Of a stretch of DNA of 64,000 nucleotides, positions 26,601 to 39,609 are shown piece by piece. The DNA lies in the NCBI GenBank assembly GCA_040954595.2, contig CM082576.2:15361028-15425027 (forward strand), read 5' to 3'. The translations under genes and the position numbers were made by a program. Within the stretch, counting starts at the first letter, position 1; each line of letters opens with the position of its first letter. The DNA is from Balanoglossus misakiensis (taxonomy: Eukaryota > Animalia > Hemichordata). Under the pieces are notes generated by a model. The model saw only the letters and a program-made list of their open reading frames with translations. It was not told the origin of the DNA and did no database searches.

Positions 26601-29600
26601 AGCTGACTTAAAGGGACAAAGTCTCTCTCTCTCGCTGCCCTTTTTCCATTAATCATGTTTGATACAAGACACAGTTTATGTTTCTCTACATGTGGATATA
26701 TAGTGAATCAACGTTAGAGAAAAAACACACACACACCTTCCATCCCGCTTGTAGACATGAGAGTAAAAAAACTCGCCAAAATAACTAAACGGTCTTTCCC
26801 ATTTATTCATTTTGGCGAGATTTTACTCTCATATCATACATTCAGCGGGATGGAAGTTGTGTGTGGTTGAACGTTCATTCACTACATATACACAACATAC
26901 ATTAACATAAATGGTGTCTTGTATCAAACATAATTAATGGAAAAGGGCAGCGAGAGAGAGAGACTTTGTCCCTTTAACCTTCATCTTGAAATTGACTTTC
27001 CTACATTATTGAAAGAAACGTTTTTGTGGGAACGATATTCAGCCATTTCTCAAAAACATCAGTGTGATTAAACCTTACTCGATAAAGTGAGTTTGTTTGA
27101 TGATGGAGGCAATGGAATGCTGCGACCCCACAGCACTGGGTCGAGACAGAGTACATTGAAGAATTTGAACAAGTTGTGTAGCCTTTGATGTCAATTAGGA
27201 CAAGACAGATCAATTCCTACCTTTTCCCCTTCATCAACAGACTGTAGACTTGTAATCCAAACATCTCCTGTATTAGGATTGACACTCGATCCCACAACTA
27301 AAATCTCACTCTTGTTATTCACTTCAATGCTATGTTCGTCATCAAAAGTCAAAAATCTACGCGCCAGTTGATAGTTTTCAGCAAAGTCAACAACTTTCAG
27401 TAACACACAATAAACCCCTAATGAATGAGAGAGAGAGAGAGAGAGAGACTGAATATCAATTCTACCTCGTGTGCAATTCCGAAGAAACTATGTATTTCAA
27501 AATCATCTAGCAAATTTATAACTATATACAAATCTTAAAGAGTTTTATCGACATACAAAATAACAAATACCAATCCTTGCAGACTACTCTTGTTTAGATA
27601 TGTCAATAATTCACGATTTTTATTAACACAATATGGTCTTTCTTGTAACAAGACGCGAAACTCAAGTATGACAGTTTCCAACTGTAAGAATATAGTAACG
27701 AAATAGAAGAAACCAAATAAACCATACCTGTAGATATAGTAAAGGTATATAAATACAACATGCAAATAACCTGAACGATATTGATGTAAAAAGTATCCAA
27801 GAGTTTAAAAAAAACGTTTAAGCACACAATCCATACCTGGTTCTGAAAGAATTGTACTGAATCCAGTTGAAGTAGCATTTTCAATGCCACTGTATTCAGC
27901 ATAGGTTGAATATATGAGTATTGAACCTTCACGTATCAACTGTATTACATTCCATTCATAGTGTTTGATTCCTGGGAAATCATCGTGCCAACCAGACCAA
28001 TTCACCGTGAGAATCGCCTGCAACAAAACACAAAGAGCTAACATTATGACTGGAAGTGTTTTCTCCATTACTTGCCGCTGTGTTATTTCATATGGTACAA
28101 GTGTGTGAATCTCTGCAATTATATGGTTTTGTGTAAACGTATTTGAAACATATTATTATATGCTTTTCGCATCAGCACAATGAACCACACGTGTTTCCTC
28201 AATACAAATTAGGCTTATATATTTGATATTACGCGAATAAACAAACTGTACACTCACATTTTGTGTGTACACATGCTCTATAGTTAGAAGACTGTCTTGA
28301 CATTGTGTTGAAACTGAACAGTGATATGGTTCAAACAGATCCACGATGAACTGGGCTGATCTTTCAATCTGTGTACCATTGTAGTAATACGTGACATCAT
28401 ACCAATCTTCCTTATTTGCATTATCCTTGTCCGTTATATTGATATAGCCACCATTACTTGCACGAACTGTTACTAGAAGTCTTGAACGAAATTATTACAA
28501 ATGTGTTATCTGATGTATGGCGGATACAAAGCCTCCTTTCAAAAATGTTTCGTGTTTAGGAACATGAGACAAAGAAATGAGGAAACGAATAACAATCAGA
28601 AACAATAAACAAGATAAACTGCGGTATGTTTACAGTTCGACATACGCACTCTCATAGTGCACCTACAGAAGCCATCAACATCCTACGATATAGTGCATAT
28701 ACAAGCAATAAAATATACCTATCCTTATTATGTAGACTCGCCCCATCAAATCCATCGCTTTTGACACAGCTGTGTTGTCCCGTGTTCGGTTTATCTCTAC
28801 TGTAGCCCAAACTGCAAGCCACATATCCTGAAGCAATTGGTATAGTTCCTGTTTGCGAAAGTACGTTATAGATTGAGTGCTCCTTAACTGTCTATTTATA
28901 CATTAAAAATGATTCAGTCGACAACCAAATTAAAGTCCCGTGGTAGGTTACTGCATAGTTTTCATGAATTTTCATTCAAACAAAAAGTATTTCATGTAAA
29001 CATGCTTACTTGCTATCACGTATTGACAGATAGTAAATGATTGACGAAATATAAAAAATCGTTTGAAACAACAGTAACTGCCACCTTCATCAAACTATAC
29101 AAACGAGGCATAATCACATTAAATCATGTCCCAATTCCAAGCCAACTGATGAAGTGACATTGATCAAGCTTTGTCGAACAATGGCTTAATGGAGGTGACC
29201 CACAAATTTTACAGTAAAAATGAAAATCTGATGTCTCAGCGGTGTACATTTACTTCCATGAGCTCAAGTGGATGAGATCGTGTTTTATTTATGAAGTTTC
29301 ATAACCGGAAATGCACCATTTTCGTTGTTTGTTGCATTTTCCCACGGTGGCGGCCATATTCGCATGCGGCAAAGCTTTATTATTTATTATTATTTAGAAC
29401 TTGCATATGCGCTCATATTTAGGGTTTATAATGCTTGTGTTTAGTTCACTGCCTTCATCTGCATGGACTAATGGTAGTACAGTTTGAAACAAAAATTATG
29501 ATAATTATCCCAAAAGTTGTAGCTTATGTGCCTTTAATGGATAAGGTAAATTCATGTAATTATCTTCAAGTTCGGAAACGCCTATACAATAAGGTTATGA

Positions 29601-32600
29601 TATGGTGAAACGTAGCACACATGCCGGAGTTCTGTTAGCAAACACATCGTACAGTGCCAGTATTTTCACAAATACTGGTAATCTAATGCCAGCATTACAG
29701 ATGTTCCATTATCAAACAATAACACAGTTCATGTTTGGGTAGGCATTATGATGTATGAATGAAAACTTTCTTTTCACTTGTAGGAATTGACAGGAGACGA
29801 ACCCATAGCATCTGATAACAGAGTCGGCCTACTGAATCACATACAGAATCACTTGTTCATATTAAAGGGAATAAGCTGTTACTTCTAGGCTTAATGTTTA
29901 GTATTTAGTGTACCAAATGCAATTTCTTGTCCTACCCCAAACAATATGCTGATATACCCAGTACTCCGCCTGTCAACGTAGCCTGTATATGTGTAACGGC
30001 CATTGTCATTGTTGTCAAATGAATTCTAGTCCGGACTTGAAATAAAATTATGCACGATAACAATGCTGGTTAATACATATGGCTAGCATTGTGCTATGTT
30101 TAAGTATATCTATACTGTAAGTACCTCTAAAATGTTCCCAAATAAAAGATGCATCGGTGATCCCAGTGCTGAAATCATTTATGTAATGGGCTGGTGGGTA
30201 GTCAGTACTAGATGGACCATAGAATAGGGATTGCCACTCAACTTCAATTAAATTGAAGCCTGCGTGAATCTTTCCAATAAACCGTGTACTGCTGGAAAGA
30301 CATTGCAAGCCTGTCAAAGTTGTCCTGACATCACTTTTGTCTTGTACCAATTTAGTAAGGCACCAACTCCACTCTGGGAATTCGGTTACTGTAACAGAAA
30401 TTTTCAGTGAGTGAAAATGATCGGTAGCCATGCCCGTACTCTTAATCTGACGATAGATTTTTAACCAATAATCAATATTGTCACCAAAGAAATAAGCAGT
30501 CTGAAGTATCATATCATCACAAAGGCAAAACTGTCCCTTTATGTAATTCGGACTCAAACATTAAGAATATTCATCAACCTCAAAAGAATTAAAGATGTTT
30601 CCTCCTCGAAATATCAATCTTTGAAAGCTATTTGTAGCAGTGACACAGACTTTTAACCAAATTCATAGATTGCATTACAATCTAAAATCTGTGGAAATGA
30701 AAATTTTATAATTGTATCGATGACAAACCACATTTTAATGCCTCAATTTGCTACAATATTGGATGATTAAATTACACGTTTTACGTTGTGCAGTAATTCC
30801 ATTCAAGTTGTTTAGTTCGGGTGCAGAAGGCACATGTATCTGCTACCGTAACAGCAACAGCAGCAGCAAATATACACCGGCACCGAACAACTACTATAAA
30901 CGGCTTACTTGTCTGGCAATCTGTTCCATTATATCCTTCTGCGCACTGACACGTTTCTGAAGCATCGGGACAGGTCCCAGGGTAACACAGTGTACTGTCA
31001 CTACGCCATGAACATCGGGCTGAAACGTTTAACATTGAACACTGGCAGCAGTCTACTCAACAGTTAAGGCATCAAGCATAAAACAGTTACAGAATTCTGG
31101 CGCCGTTCACTATACATACCCAAAAGATATGCCCTTGGCATAAACACCCCCCCCCCCCTCCCGATAGAATAACATTCACTTGGCCTTGTAAATAGAGTGA
31201 GAGTACCTTTAGTTGATACCACAACTTATACAATACTGGAAAGAATATAATGATGTTCAGTAAATAAACCTCTCCTCACTATATGAACATGGACATCTTT
31301 GATGGTGATAAGGCAGTCATCATAAAATCCACTAAATCGATGGATGTACATGTACTCACGTCTGCAATAACTATCCGGGTAACCATTCAAATCAACAAGA
31401 TCATATGCACTTTCACATGTCGTCCAATCAGTTTCATTTGGACACCCGTAATAATAATCACAGTGTTCAGCTATGCATCTATGGTCATTACCGTTTGAAC
31501 ATGTCACTTCACTGCAATGGTCTATAATTCCACAACCTTTAGAGGAATGATAAAATATAATTCACATAAATAGGCTAAGATATTTAGAATATACATTGCG
31601 TGCAAATTAGGGGTTAATTCAGATGAACAAATTCACCAAACACATCTCAGTGATAATGTTTTTTTCACGTTTTCGTTAAAGTATTACAATCATGCTGGTT
31701 ATCTAGAATAGAAAAAAATTATCTTTATGGTTAAATTCTGGAGACAATATGCCCAAGACGTACCGTTCTGACATCTTGACCCATAATATGGTATGTGGTC
31801 ACAATCACAAAAATAGTTGTTTGAGTTGCAGCTACCATCCCAGCAGTCATCACAAATTCCCCCGTTATAACATGGCTTTGGGTCACAGTAAGCCTCTGTT
31901 ATAAAACAGAAAAACACACCTTTATAAGGAATATTGACAGAGTCAAATAAAATAATATACATGTGCTGTTCCGATGACATGGTTTTCAAAAATAGGGTAG
32001 GTAGGTAGGGAATGTTTTTATTTCTCTGGCCGCCTGAGTATAGAAGAATGACATAATAGTTTCGCGTGATTACAGCTATTTTCATTACTTTTGTTATTTT
32101 TACTTACGGCTTTACGAAGCTCTAAAAAGTTTAGGGTTGGCAGGTTAAAATTATGGTACGTCTGGTAATCTGAACAGCACATATTTTTGATTTTGGGCTA
32201 GTGTTGAATTTTAGGTTTTTTATAGATGGACTTGAGTTATTAAGCCCAGTTCAACAACGGACACGAAAACCAAACAAAACATATCAATTTTAAAGCCAGG
32301 CAATGTTCTTTGAGCAGTATTTACTGTTCATGAAGTATTTATTTTTCTTAAAGGAACGATTTTCAATTTCTGATCTCAGTCTAGTTCCTGTTGACACTGA
32401 ATGTATATGCGGTGAAAAGCATTTGTTTCCATTAAAATAAAATGTTTGCCTTCAGATTAAGCTGATAAACGTCTACGAGAATTATGCTCTCTGTGGCTTG
32501 TCAAACTCATCTGAAGTGACATTGTATGTATGAAAACTTTCAGTCCCCTCTCTGCATCTGGGAAGTGTCATCTGCCAAATAAGGGTGCAATATGCAAACA

Positions 32601-34187
32601 GCGTGGATAACTTTGACTTTCGAGTGTTTACGATGGCTTTAGGTTGGTGATATGTGGATGTTGCAGAATTCTGAACACTAGTATGTGAAAAAGTAACAGT
32701 GTACCCATTTGTTTTTTGCAATGCGTTTCACAAACCTTACCAACATTTTGGGATCCATTTAGTGAAATGAAACCGATCTATTTAACAAACGTTTAGATGG
32801 TATAAACTGTTACTTTTTCCCTACATAAGGAAACTACAAATATGACGCATTTCTCTGCGTCTAAACATGGAAAAGCAAGGTAAAATCAAATTTACCAGAC
32901 TTTCTCTTGCAAACATAGCGGTAATTATGCCCACACTGGACGTCATTCCAGGAGCCTTTCTTGAAGATCAAACCACAGTCTTCTTGTTTGAAGAGACCAT
33001 AGTTGTTAGGTTCACCTTTATCCCAGTTACTGCCGTGTGTAATGGATAGAATATGATTGGGAGTTAACTGTACATTATCGATGCAACACTGTAATAGATA
33101 GATGACCTATGACCTAGATGTCTCTTCCAGGTAATTGCAAAAGAATTTTCATGACACATACAATCCAAACGCCAGAGTCATCCATGTGAGCGCTGGTATA
33201 AATTACAGTTTGACAGCAGTATAGATAACCAGGGTTTTGTATCATAGACGCTGAAGTTACAGACTTACGTGTATACAACATATGACCCATCGCTCCAAAC
33301 CCATTTGTTTTCGCTTGCTTCATCAGTGAATCCCATAAAGGAATCACCACCAATATGTGTTGTTATCATGTTCTATATAAAAACAATGATTACAAAATAT
33401 GGGATTTGATAACATGCATTATTGCATATGTACTGCAGATTATTCTGTGGTTCACTACTACATAACTTTGGTATTGCTTCTCATTACTGTGAGAGTGAAG
33501 AAAAATAGTCCCTTTCAAAATTCAGTTTTTGGAGCATTTGTTGAATAAACTATTGACTAGCAAGTTCTATTTTACACTTGGTTAGTTTTTTTCTTGATAT
33601 TTATGAAGCGTAGTATTCTGCAGTATTTTCACTCGCTGCGCTCGTGAAAATACTGCGCAGAATACACTGGATCACTCATGAAAATAACTTCTGTATGGCA
33701 CAGATCATGAAGTTGTGTCATATTACCTTTTTATGGAAACCTGAACAACACGCTGCCTTAAAATTTATATCATCCAAAGCCTTCAGCTCAGATTGTCACT
33801 TGTTTTATTTAATACACAATCTTGCAAATATAGCAAGGTGATAAAATTAAAGAATGATTCTTACAGCAGGTGGTAGCAGGATATCACATGCGGATTAGAG
33901 ATGGAATCATTATGTTTCTACAAGAAATGACCATCGGATAGTCTATTTTCAATATATTCAACATATGGCTTATTTCTTTACTCAAACATATCTAAGATTT
34001 TGGTCTCATATTTCCTTTCATATAGAGATATTATCACAACTCACATTTTCCTTTTCGCTATTTATGCTGGCAAGATCCGTATGACCGTCTTGGCCTCTGC
34101 ATTCAGCCCTTGCATTGTTCCACGTTGTCAGTGAATTCGAGAAGTAGTAGCAAAAGTCTGAATCCTCTTTCCATGATGTTTTACATC
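20628..34187 (-). CDS. Large type I receptor: CTLD (EPN/WND), EGF-like/Cys-rich modules, uncharacterised beta-rich repeats, TM, tyrosine-motif tail (>1000 aa; first exon not located)
   Basis: Phase-consistent exons: 34187-34045, 33372-33269, 33029-32896 (NWDKGEPNN..EDC..WNDVQC), 31895-31764 (EGF: CDPKPCYNGGIC), 31521-31360, 31019-30909 (CQCAEGYNGTDC), 30388-30125, 28848-28719, 28480-28258, 28017-27837, 27417-27221, 25956-25690, 25484-25276, 24868-24742, 23939-23757, 22870-22825, 22366-22290 (TM), 22141-22125 (inferred 17-nt micro-exon, uncertain), 21260-21220, 20920-20628. Confidence 0.8.
26612..26973. mobile_element. Fold-back MITE with TTAA target duplication (Kolobok-like non-autonomous)
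   Basis: TTAA|AGGGACAAAGTCTCTCTC...GAGAGACTTTGTCCCT|TTAA, palindromic over nearly its whole length. Partial copies at 45053-45320 and 55810-55980. Confidence 0.88.
31945..32198 (+). mobile_element. Diverged copy of AGGCCAAA MITE family
   Basis: Similar to 61726-62013 along its length. Confidence 0.75.
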
Positions 34188-34272
34188 CTAGCAGCAATCA
34201 ATATAGAATTGACATCCGGTTTTCGTTTTATAAATGTTCTATTCTGACACAAACACATACATACACAGACAT

Positions 34273-34313
<41 letters not shown>

Positions 34314-34954
34314 TCATACATCAGTCTTACCCGCTTCTAGGTATTCCACATTATTAATCAAGATTAGATACGAGATACAAACAAGATTTAAAATGTCTCT
34401 CCCCATATCCAATATATAACCTGAAAACAAATTAAAATAATGCGTTAAGTCGACACTGGTCATTAATGTCCACACAGCAGGTCTATACAGCATTGATAGT
34501 TAAATGTAAAATGGCTTTCATTTACCATCATAACATAGTGCGAGCGACTTATATCCACAGATCTTGGGGAAGGTCTCAAAAAGGATCAAAAACCTGACAT
34601 TTGCAGGGACGTAATGATGCTGGGTAACCAGAGAGCAGACATCTGGTGCTATTCCATTACCAATGTTAACATGCAACGTATTAGTTAGGAGAAAAGCATA
34701 GTCAAGAGTGGCGTAACCCAGATTTAAGTGTATAAATACAGGTTCGTTGCATAAAATTGTGATTAATGACACAGATTCATTTTATAATGCAAATAAACTC
34801 AGCTTCATTTTTGTACGGAATGGACAGATCACAGATTTGGTTTGTATTATTTTATCGCAGCTTGAACTCTTACAGTATGGTCATATTTTCTGGTGATCAA
34901 TGATTGTAGGTTCATCACTGTATATCTGTTGTAATTGTTGTAATTTAAGATATA

Positions 34955-35135
34955 CAGTCGAACTTGTCCATCGTGGCCAGTCAAGGGACTTTCCTAAACT
35001 GGCTTTTATAGACAGGTGGCCTTTATACAGAGATTAATTAATGCACATGTGAATTGCACAGGGACTGTAACAAAGTGGCCGCTATGTGTAGAGGTGACCA
35101 CTATATAGGGGTGGCCACTAACAGGGGTTTGATTG
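34955..35135. mobile_element. Tc1/mariner-type MITE relic
   Basis: TA|CAGTCGAAC...GGTTTGATTG|TA termini, with internal repeated AGGTGGCC-like motifs. Confidence 0.65.
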
Positions 35136-36768
35136 TATGTTATGATTAATCATTTTATTAGATTATGTAAATTTGCAGTTAATTGACCAGAACATAGCAG
35201 CACGAAAGTACAACTATTATGTGATAACATGCGGTTTGTTTTACAAGAGCTGCCCTCAAGATCGACATTTGTCAGACCATACCGGCCGTGCTGCATGCTG
35301 AGTTAGCTGAGAGCAGCCACTTAAACACTTAATGTATATAAATGTGATAAGTTAATTGAACGCGTGGTTCGTTGTATGATCGAGCGTGACAAAACTCAAC
35401 ATTTGCCAGGCTGTGATTGTAGTGCTTTTGGATAGTTCGATAGAGGACGCCTGCTGCCCCGTCCAATGTCCATGTTTAAAGGGACAAAGTCAAAATCAAT
35501 AAGTAACTCATACGATGACTACACATGGCTTGAAGAGTACCGCAAACTAATTGTTTTCACCCTTTACACTAAGATTGACCTACGTATGGCCGCAAGCGCG
35601 AATTAAACCAGCCGCCATTTTGAACCCGGCTCGTTGGCAACCAGTGTAAAATCACCATGAGAAGTCTGACTTGAAACATCAGCAGGAGCTGATTATGTTA
35701 GAATTCAATGGAAGCGAAGTGTCTAACCTCGTTATAGTTTGATTGTTTTAGAACAGATCACAGAATCTGAGTACATGTAGGCCTACACGATTGACACCAT
35801 ACCGCTACATATCAACATGTTTGTCTTAATTTTACCACGCGAAGGAAACCTTTCAGGCTTAAATAACAATATTAACCCTTTCTGGTCTAATTTGCTCACG
35901 CTGCCATGAATTCATGCCTTAAATGTTTTTTAGAAGAAAATTATCACTCATAATATGAAATTTTATATGAAAGTGAACAGGTAGTTGGATTAATGACACA
36001 GCTGTCATTAAACTTTATTTTTCAAAAAAAAAAAGGAAAACAATAATGGCTGAAGCCTGATTAAACCCTCTCAGAGGGCAGTATGCCAATTTTACTCAAG
36101 TTGGTTCATACATATGATTGTATATTGACATCATTTTCAGGAAAGGTTCGTAAAAACCCCGACAAAATATTTATATGTACACCATACTGAATCTAGTTGC
36201 CATTCATATCAGGACTTATAATAGACTGAACACACAAAAGTGCCTTGTCTGGTAACGAATTCATGACCTCAATAATTTAGTGAGTGTTTAAACTGCCATC
36301 ATCAAATGTCTTCCTATAATTGGGTGTACAGTGTGCTGTTACAATGGCCATTTCTTACGTTAAATGCTGTTCTTATTGTTTTGCATCATGTAAAGAGAAT
36401 TAAGTCACCATATCCTTACCTAAGAGTTTTAACTTTAAAAGGTTATCTTACGAAATTATGGTGGCGCATTGGTTTGGAGTCGATGATGACGACAATGTGA
36501 CGATGACAGTTCAAGTACATCAGCAGGACATTAAACTTGAGCAGAGCAATGAGGAAAGACGACACAATTATATATAAATCCTTACCGTCAGGGCACCTGG
36601 TCAGTTCGGTCGCGTCCCTGTACATGTACTTCACTGTGTGCTGACCGTGTGCATGTATTGCTTAATGCATTGATTCTCAATGATATTGTAGGGTAGGAAT
36701 CTCTTGTCTTATCGCAAATATTATTTTCTAACTGTTTCCGGGGTTAAAGTCGCCATCGCTTACATTAA

Positions 36769-37563
36769 GATGGGTCCCTAGGATCTTTTTGCTGGTTGCT
36801 ATGGGCCTTTACAGGACACTACACTCAATTTTGATCGGAACCGTTATGAACGTCCGACAAGGGGCTTGTAACTAGTTAAAAATACACACAATTGTGTGCA
36901 CACCCCCTGTCTGAGTATGTTTACGGCAGCTACCGCCCGGCCATAGGCCGCCACGCTAATACGGCAAAGCAGCGGTCAGCGATAGCGTGCGCGTCCTGTA
37001 ACCACAGTAACTGGATCGAACGCTAAAAATCCAATGTTTTGTACACAGAGATTTTGTACCGTTCACGAAAATCCCTAAGGCTTTTTTCACAGGCGACGTA
37101 GGCCAGCCAAATTTGACCTGCTTGTTGAGAACGCACTTCCGCATAGTGTGACGGATCGTTTTTTCGGTTTTCGTCGTGCTAAGAAGCGATACCAGTGGAA
37201 GAGTGCGTCCAAAAACACCCAAAATCGATGACTTTTTCAGGTGTGGTACGGGTATGCTGAAATCGTAGGATACAACGATAATATTCGAAAACAAAATCCG
37301 TCACGATCTTCCCTGGTTCAAGCAACTAATGAATACGTATCAAGTTCGTTTTTGAGGTCACGGAATAAAAAGCCTTAGGCTTTTGAAATTTGACCTAGCT
37401 AATTTGCATATCAATGGCGTCAGGGGGCGCGCGCTCACAATCGTGCGTATTTTTAACTAGTTACCAGCCCCTTGTTAGACTCTGAAAACGGCTTAGTCCA
37501 AATCGGGGTGTAATGTCCTATAAAGGCCCATAGCAACGGGCAAAAAGATCCTAGGGACCCATC
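36769..37563. mobile_element. Non-autonomous DNA transposon with long TIRs and TTAA TSD (Kolobok-like)
   Basis: TTAA|GATGGGTCCCTAGGATCTTTTTGC...GCAAAAAGATCCTAGGGACCCATC|TTAA. Imperfect inverted similarity extends ~115 bp. Confidence 0.88.
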
Positions 37564-39187
37564 TTAAGGTAGTACTTCCCTGAAAATCAAAGTCTTAAAC
37601 TTTTTTTCTTCATATTTTACTCAAAAATAACTTCCGACTTGAGAATCAAAACTGGGGGTTAAACGCGCAATTTTGAATGATAGGGACGATTTGTTTCAAC
37701 TTTGCAATTCAAAATGGCTGCCTAGGTTTATGTTAACTCTATAGAGACATTTAAAGTAGTGACATTTATGAAACCTAGACGGTGTATGCTCTATGTCATC
37801 TGCCTTAAGAGACCTATGGACTAAACACTTCAGCTGTGTCCCCTCTGACATTGGCCCTATGGGTCCACATCGCGGCCATAAAGTCACCATTATCAGATGG
37901 AAAATAAAACGACACTTGTAACGTTATATTGTTTGACTGCTGAATCATTGGTTGGTCCAGCCGTAGTTACATGCAGAGTGTGAGCATGACATTTGAATAC
38001 TCCCATGACAAGATCTGTGGAATTCGTCCTGGAAGCAATTATTACATGTTATATCAAGAACTATTGGAGCGCCGCTGCAATAACCAGTGACAATAGCCTC
38101 AATTAAAACAAAAACAAACACAAAAAAGTAACGGGACAAAATAGTGCTTTGCACCTTTAAGTGTAATTATTTATATTCCTGGTTTTAATACAAACATGGG
38201 CAAGATGATATGTTTAGTTTTTACGGTATACAGACGACAAACAGTTCGCCACATACTGATAGGGAGGAAATGTTGTTAGTGTAGAAACAACGACGCCCCG
38301 ACCTTTGAGCAAAGAGATTAACCCACATATGGAGTGGACCGCATTGATATGAATCAATAGGAGTATGTAAATACACCTAAATATAAAATCAATACGTCAT
38401 GACCGGGCATCAGTGTTGGAATTGGTTGACCTCTTTGTCAGTCAGGCACTTGGTCTGTCTCATTTTGTGAGCCTGTCCCTGTCTGCGAGCATGCATCATG
38501 ATCTAATACAATCTCTTTTTTGAGTCGCTTAGTCAATATTATATATTTATTATTATACGTTGTTGTTGTTATTATATATTTCTCCAGATGTTTGCCACAA
38601 GTTCCCTACTGTTACATTTCTGTGACAGTGACAGCAGGTCGAACAATTCCAGCTACAATGTGTAACAGAAAAATTAAACTCAACCAATGGTTTCATTCTT
38701 ATACGGTGCCACCTCAATGCCTCCAAAGAACTGTCACGAGGGTATAGGGCTACACCAGAATAACAATTACAGGTGACATTGCAAGCAGATATGATCTAAT
38801 CATATAGAAATATGGAATGTAAAAAAAATAACAAGGAACATGCCCAATAAACTCCCATGTGTCATGGCTGTCTCATAAGTAGTGCTAGAAAAAAATTATT
38901 TTTGACCAAAAATTGTCTGTCCAAACATGATATGACAAGCAACTTCTTTCAGTCAGCCCTGGAAGAGACAGACACACACACAGACAGATAAAGACGCTCA
39001 CTGACCTGCCAGTGGTAATTAAAAATTGAATGGCTGGTGGTCTCTGTAACAGCTGGCCTCTTAAAGTTATGTAAACATGTCTAAATTGGGGGTAAAAACT
39101 CCTGGTAAACAGAAACTTTCAAAACAACTGGACAATAGGTTAAAGAGGAGCCTCATTCCCTTTATTGGATACAGAGTACATAGGATC

Positions 39188-39359
39188 AGGACGGCGAATG
39201 TTTTCGGCGTGGGGGGGGGGGGGTCATCATATTTTTGGGTCTGTCAAAGGGGGGGTCATCATTTTTTGATGCTGAGTGAAGGGGGGGTCGGCCTGATTTT
39301 GAAAACCGATGACTCAAACTTGCCGCCCCCCCCCCAGCCGTAAAAACTGAACGGTCCCT
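39188..39359. mobile_element. G/C-tract MITE (Harbinger-like termini ...GAACGGTCCCT)
   Basis: Poly-G near the left end and poly-C near the right end; degenerate inverted termini. Confidence 0.55.
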
Positions 39360-39609
39360 AACTACACGAGAGACAAAAAAACCGCGAAAGGAATAAATCG
39401 CGTAAAATGTTTTTCGGGGATAATGATGGAGTGAAATAGAGAACATGAAATACAGATAACATGTATTTTCAAATTCTTACAACAGTGAGTTATCAACTAC
39501 ATGTACTACAATACAATTATTATAATGTGAGGCTTTCAAATATTATTTGTAGGAATTCTTTTCAGAATTATGTCGTTGATTTGATCTGCAACTTTAGAAA
39601 ATGCAGGTT

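Noticed and set aside
34596-34645. Possible first exon MSALWLPSIITSLQMS for the lectin-EGF gene
   Set aside because: The phase fits, but the donor (GTTTTT) and signal-peptide character are weak, so it is not supportable.
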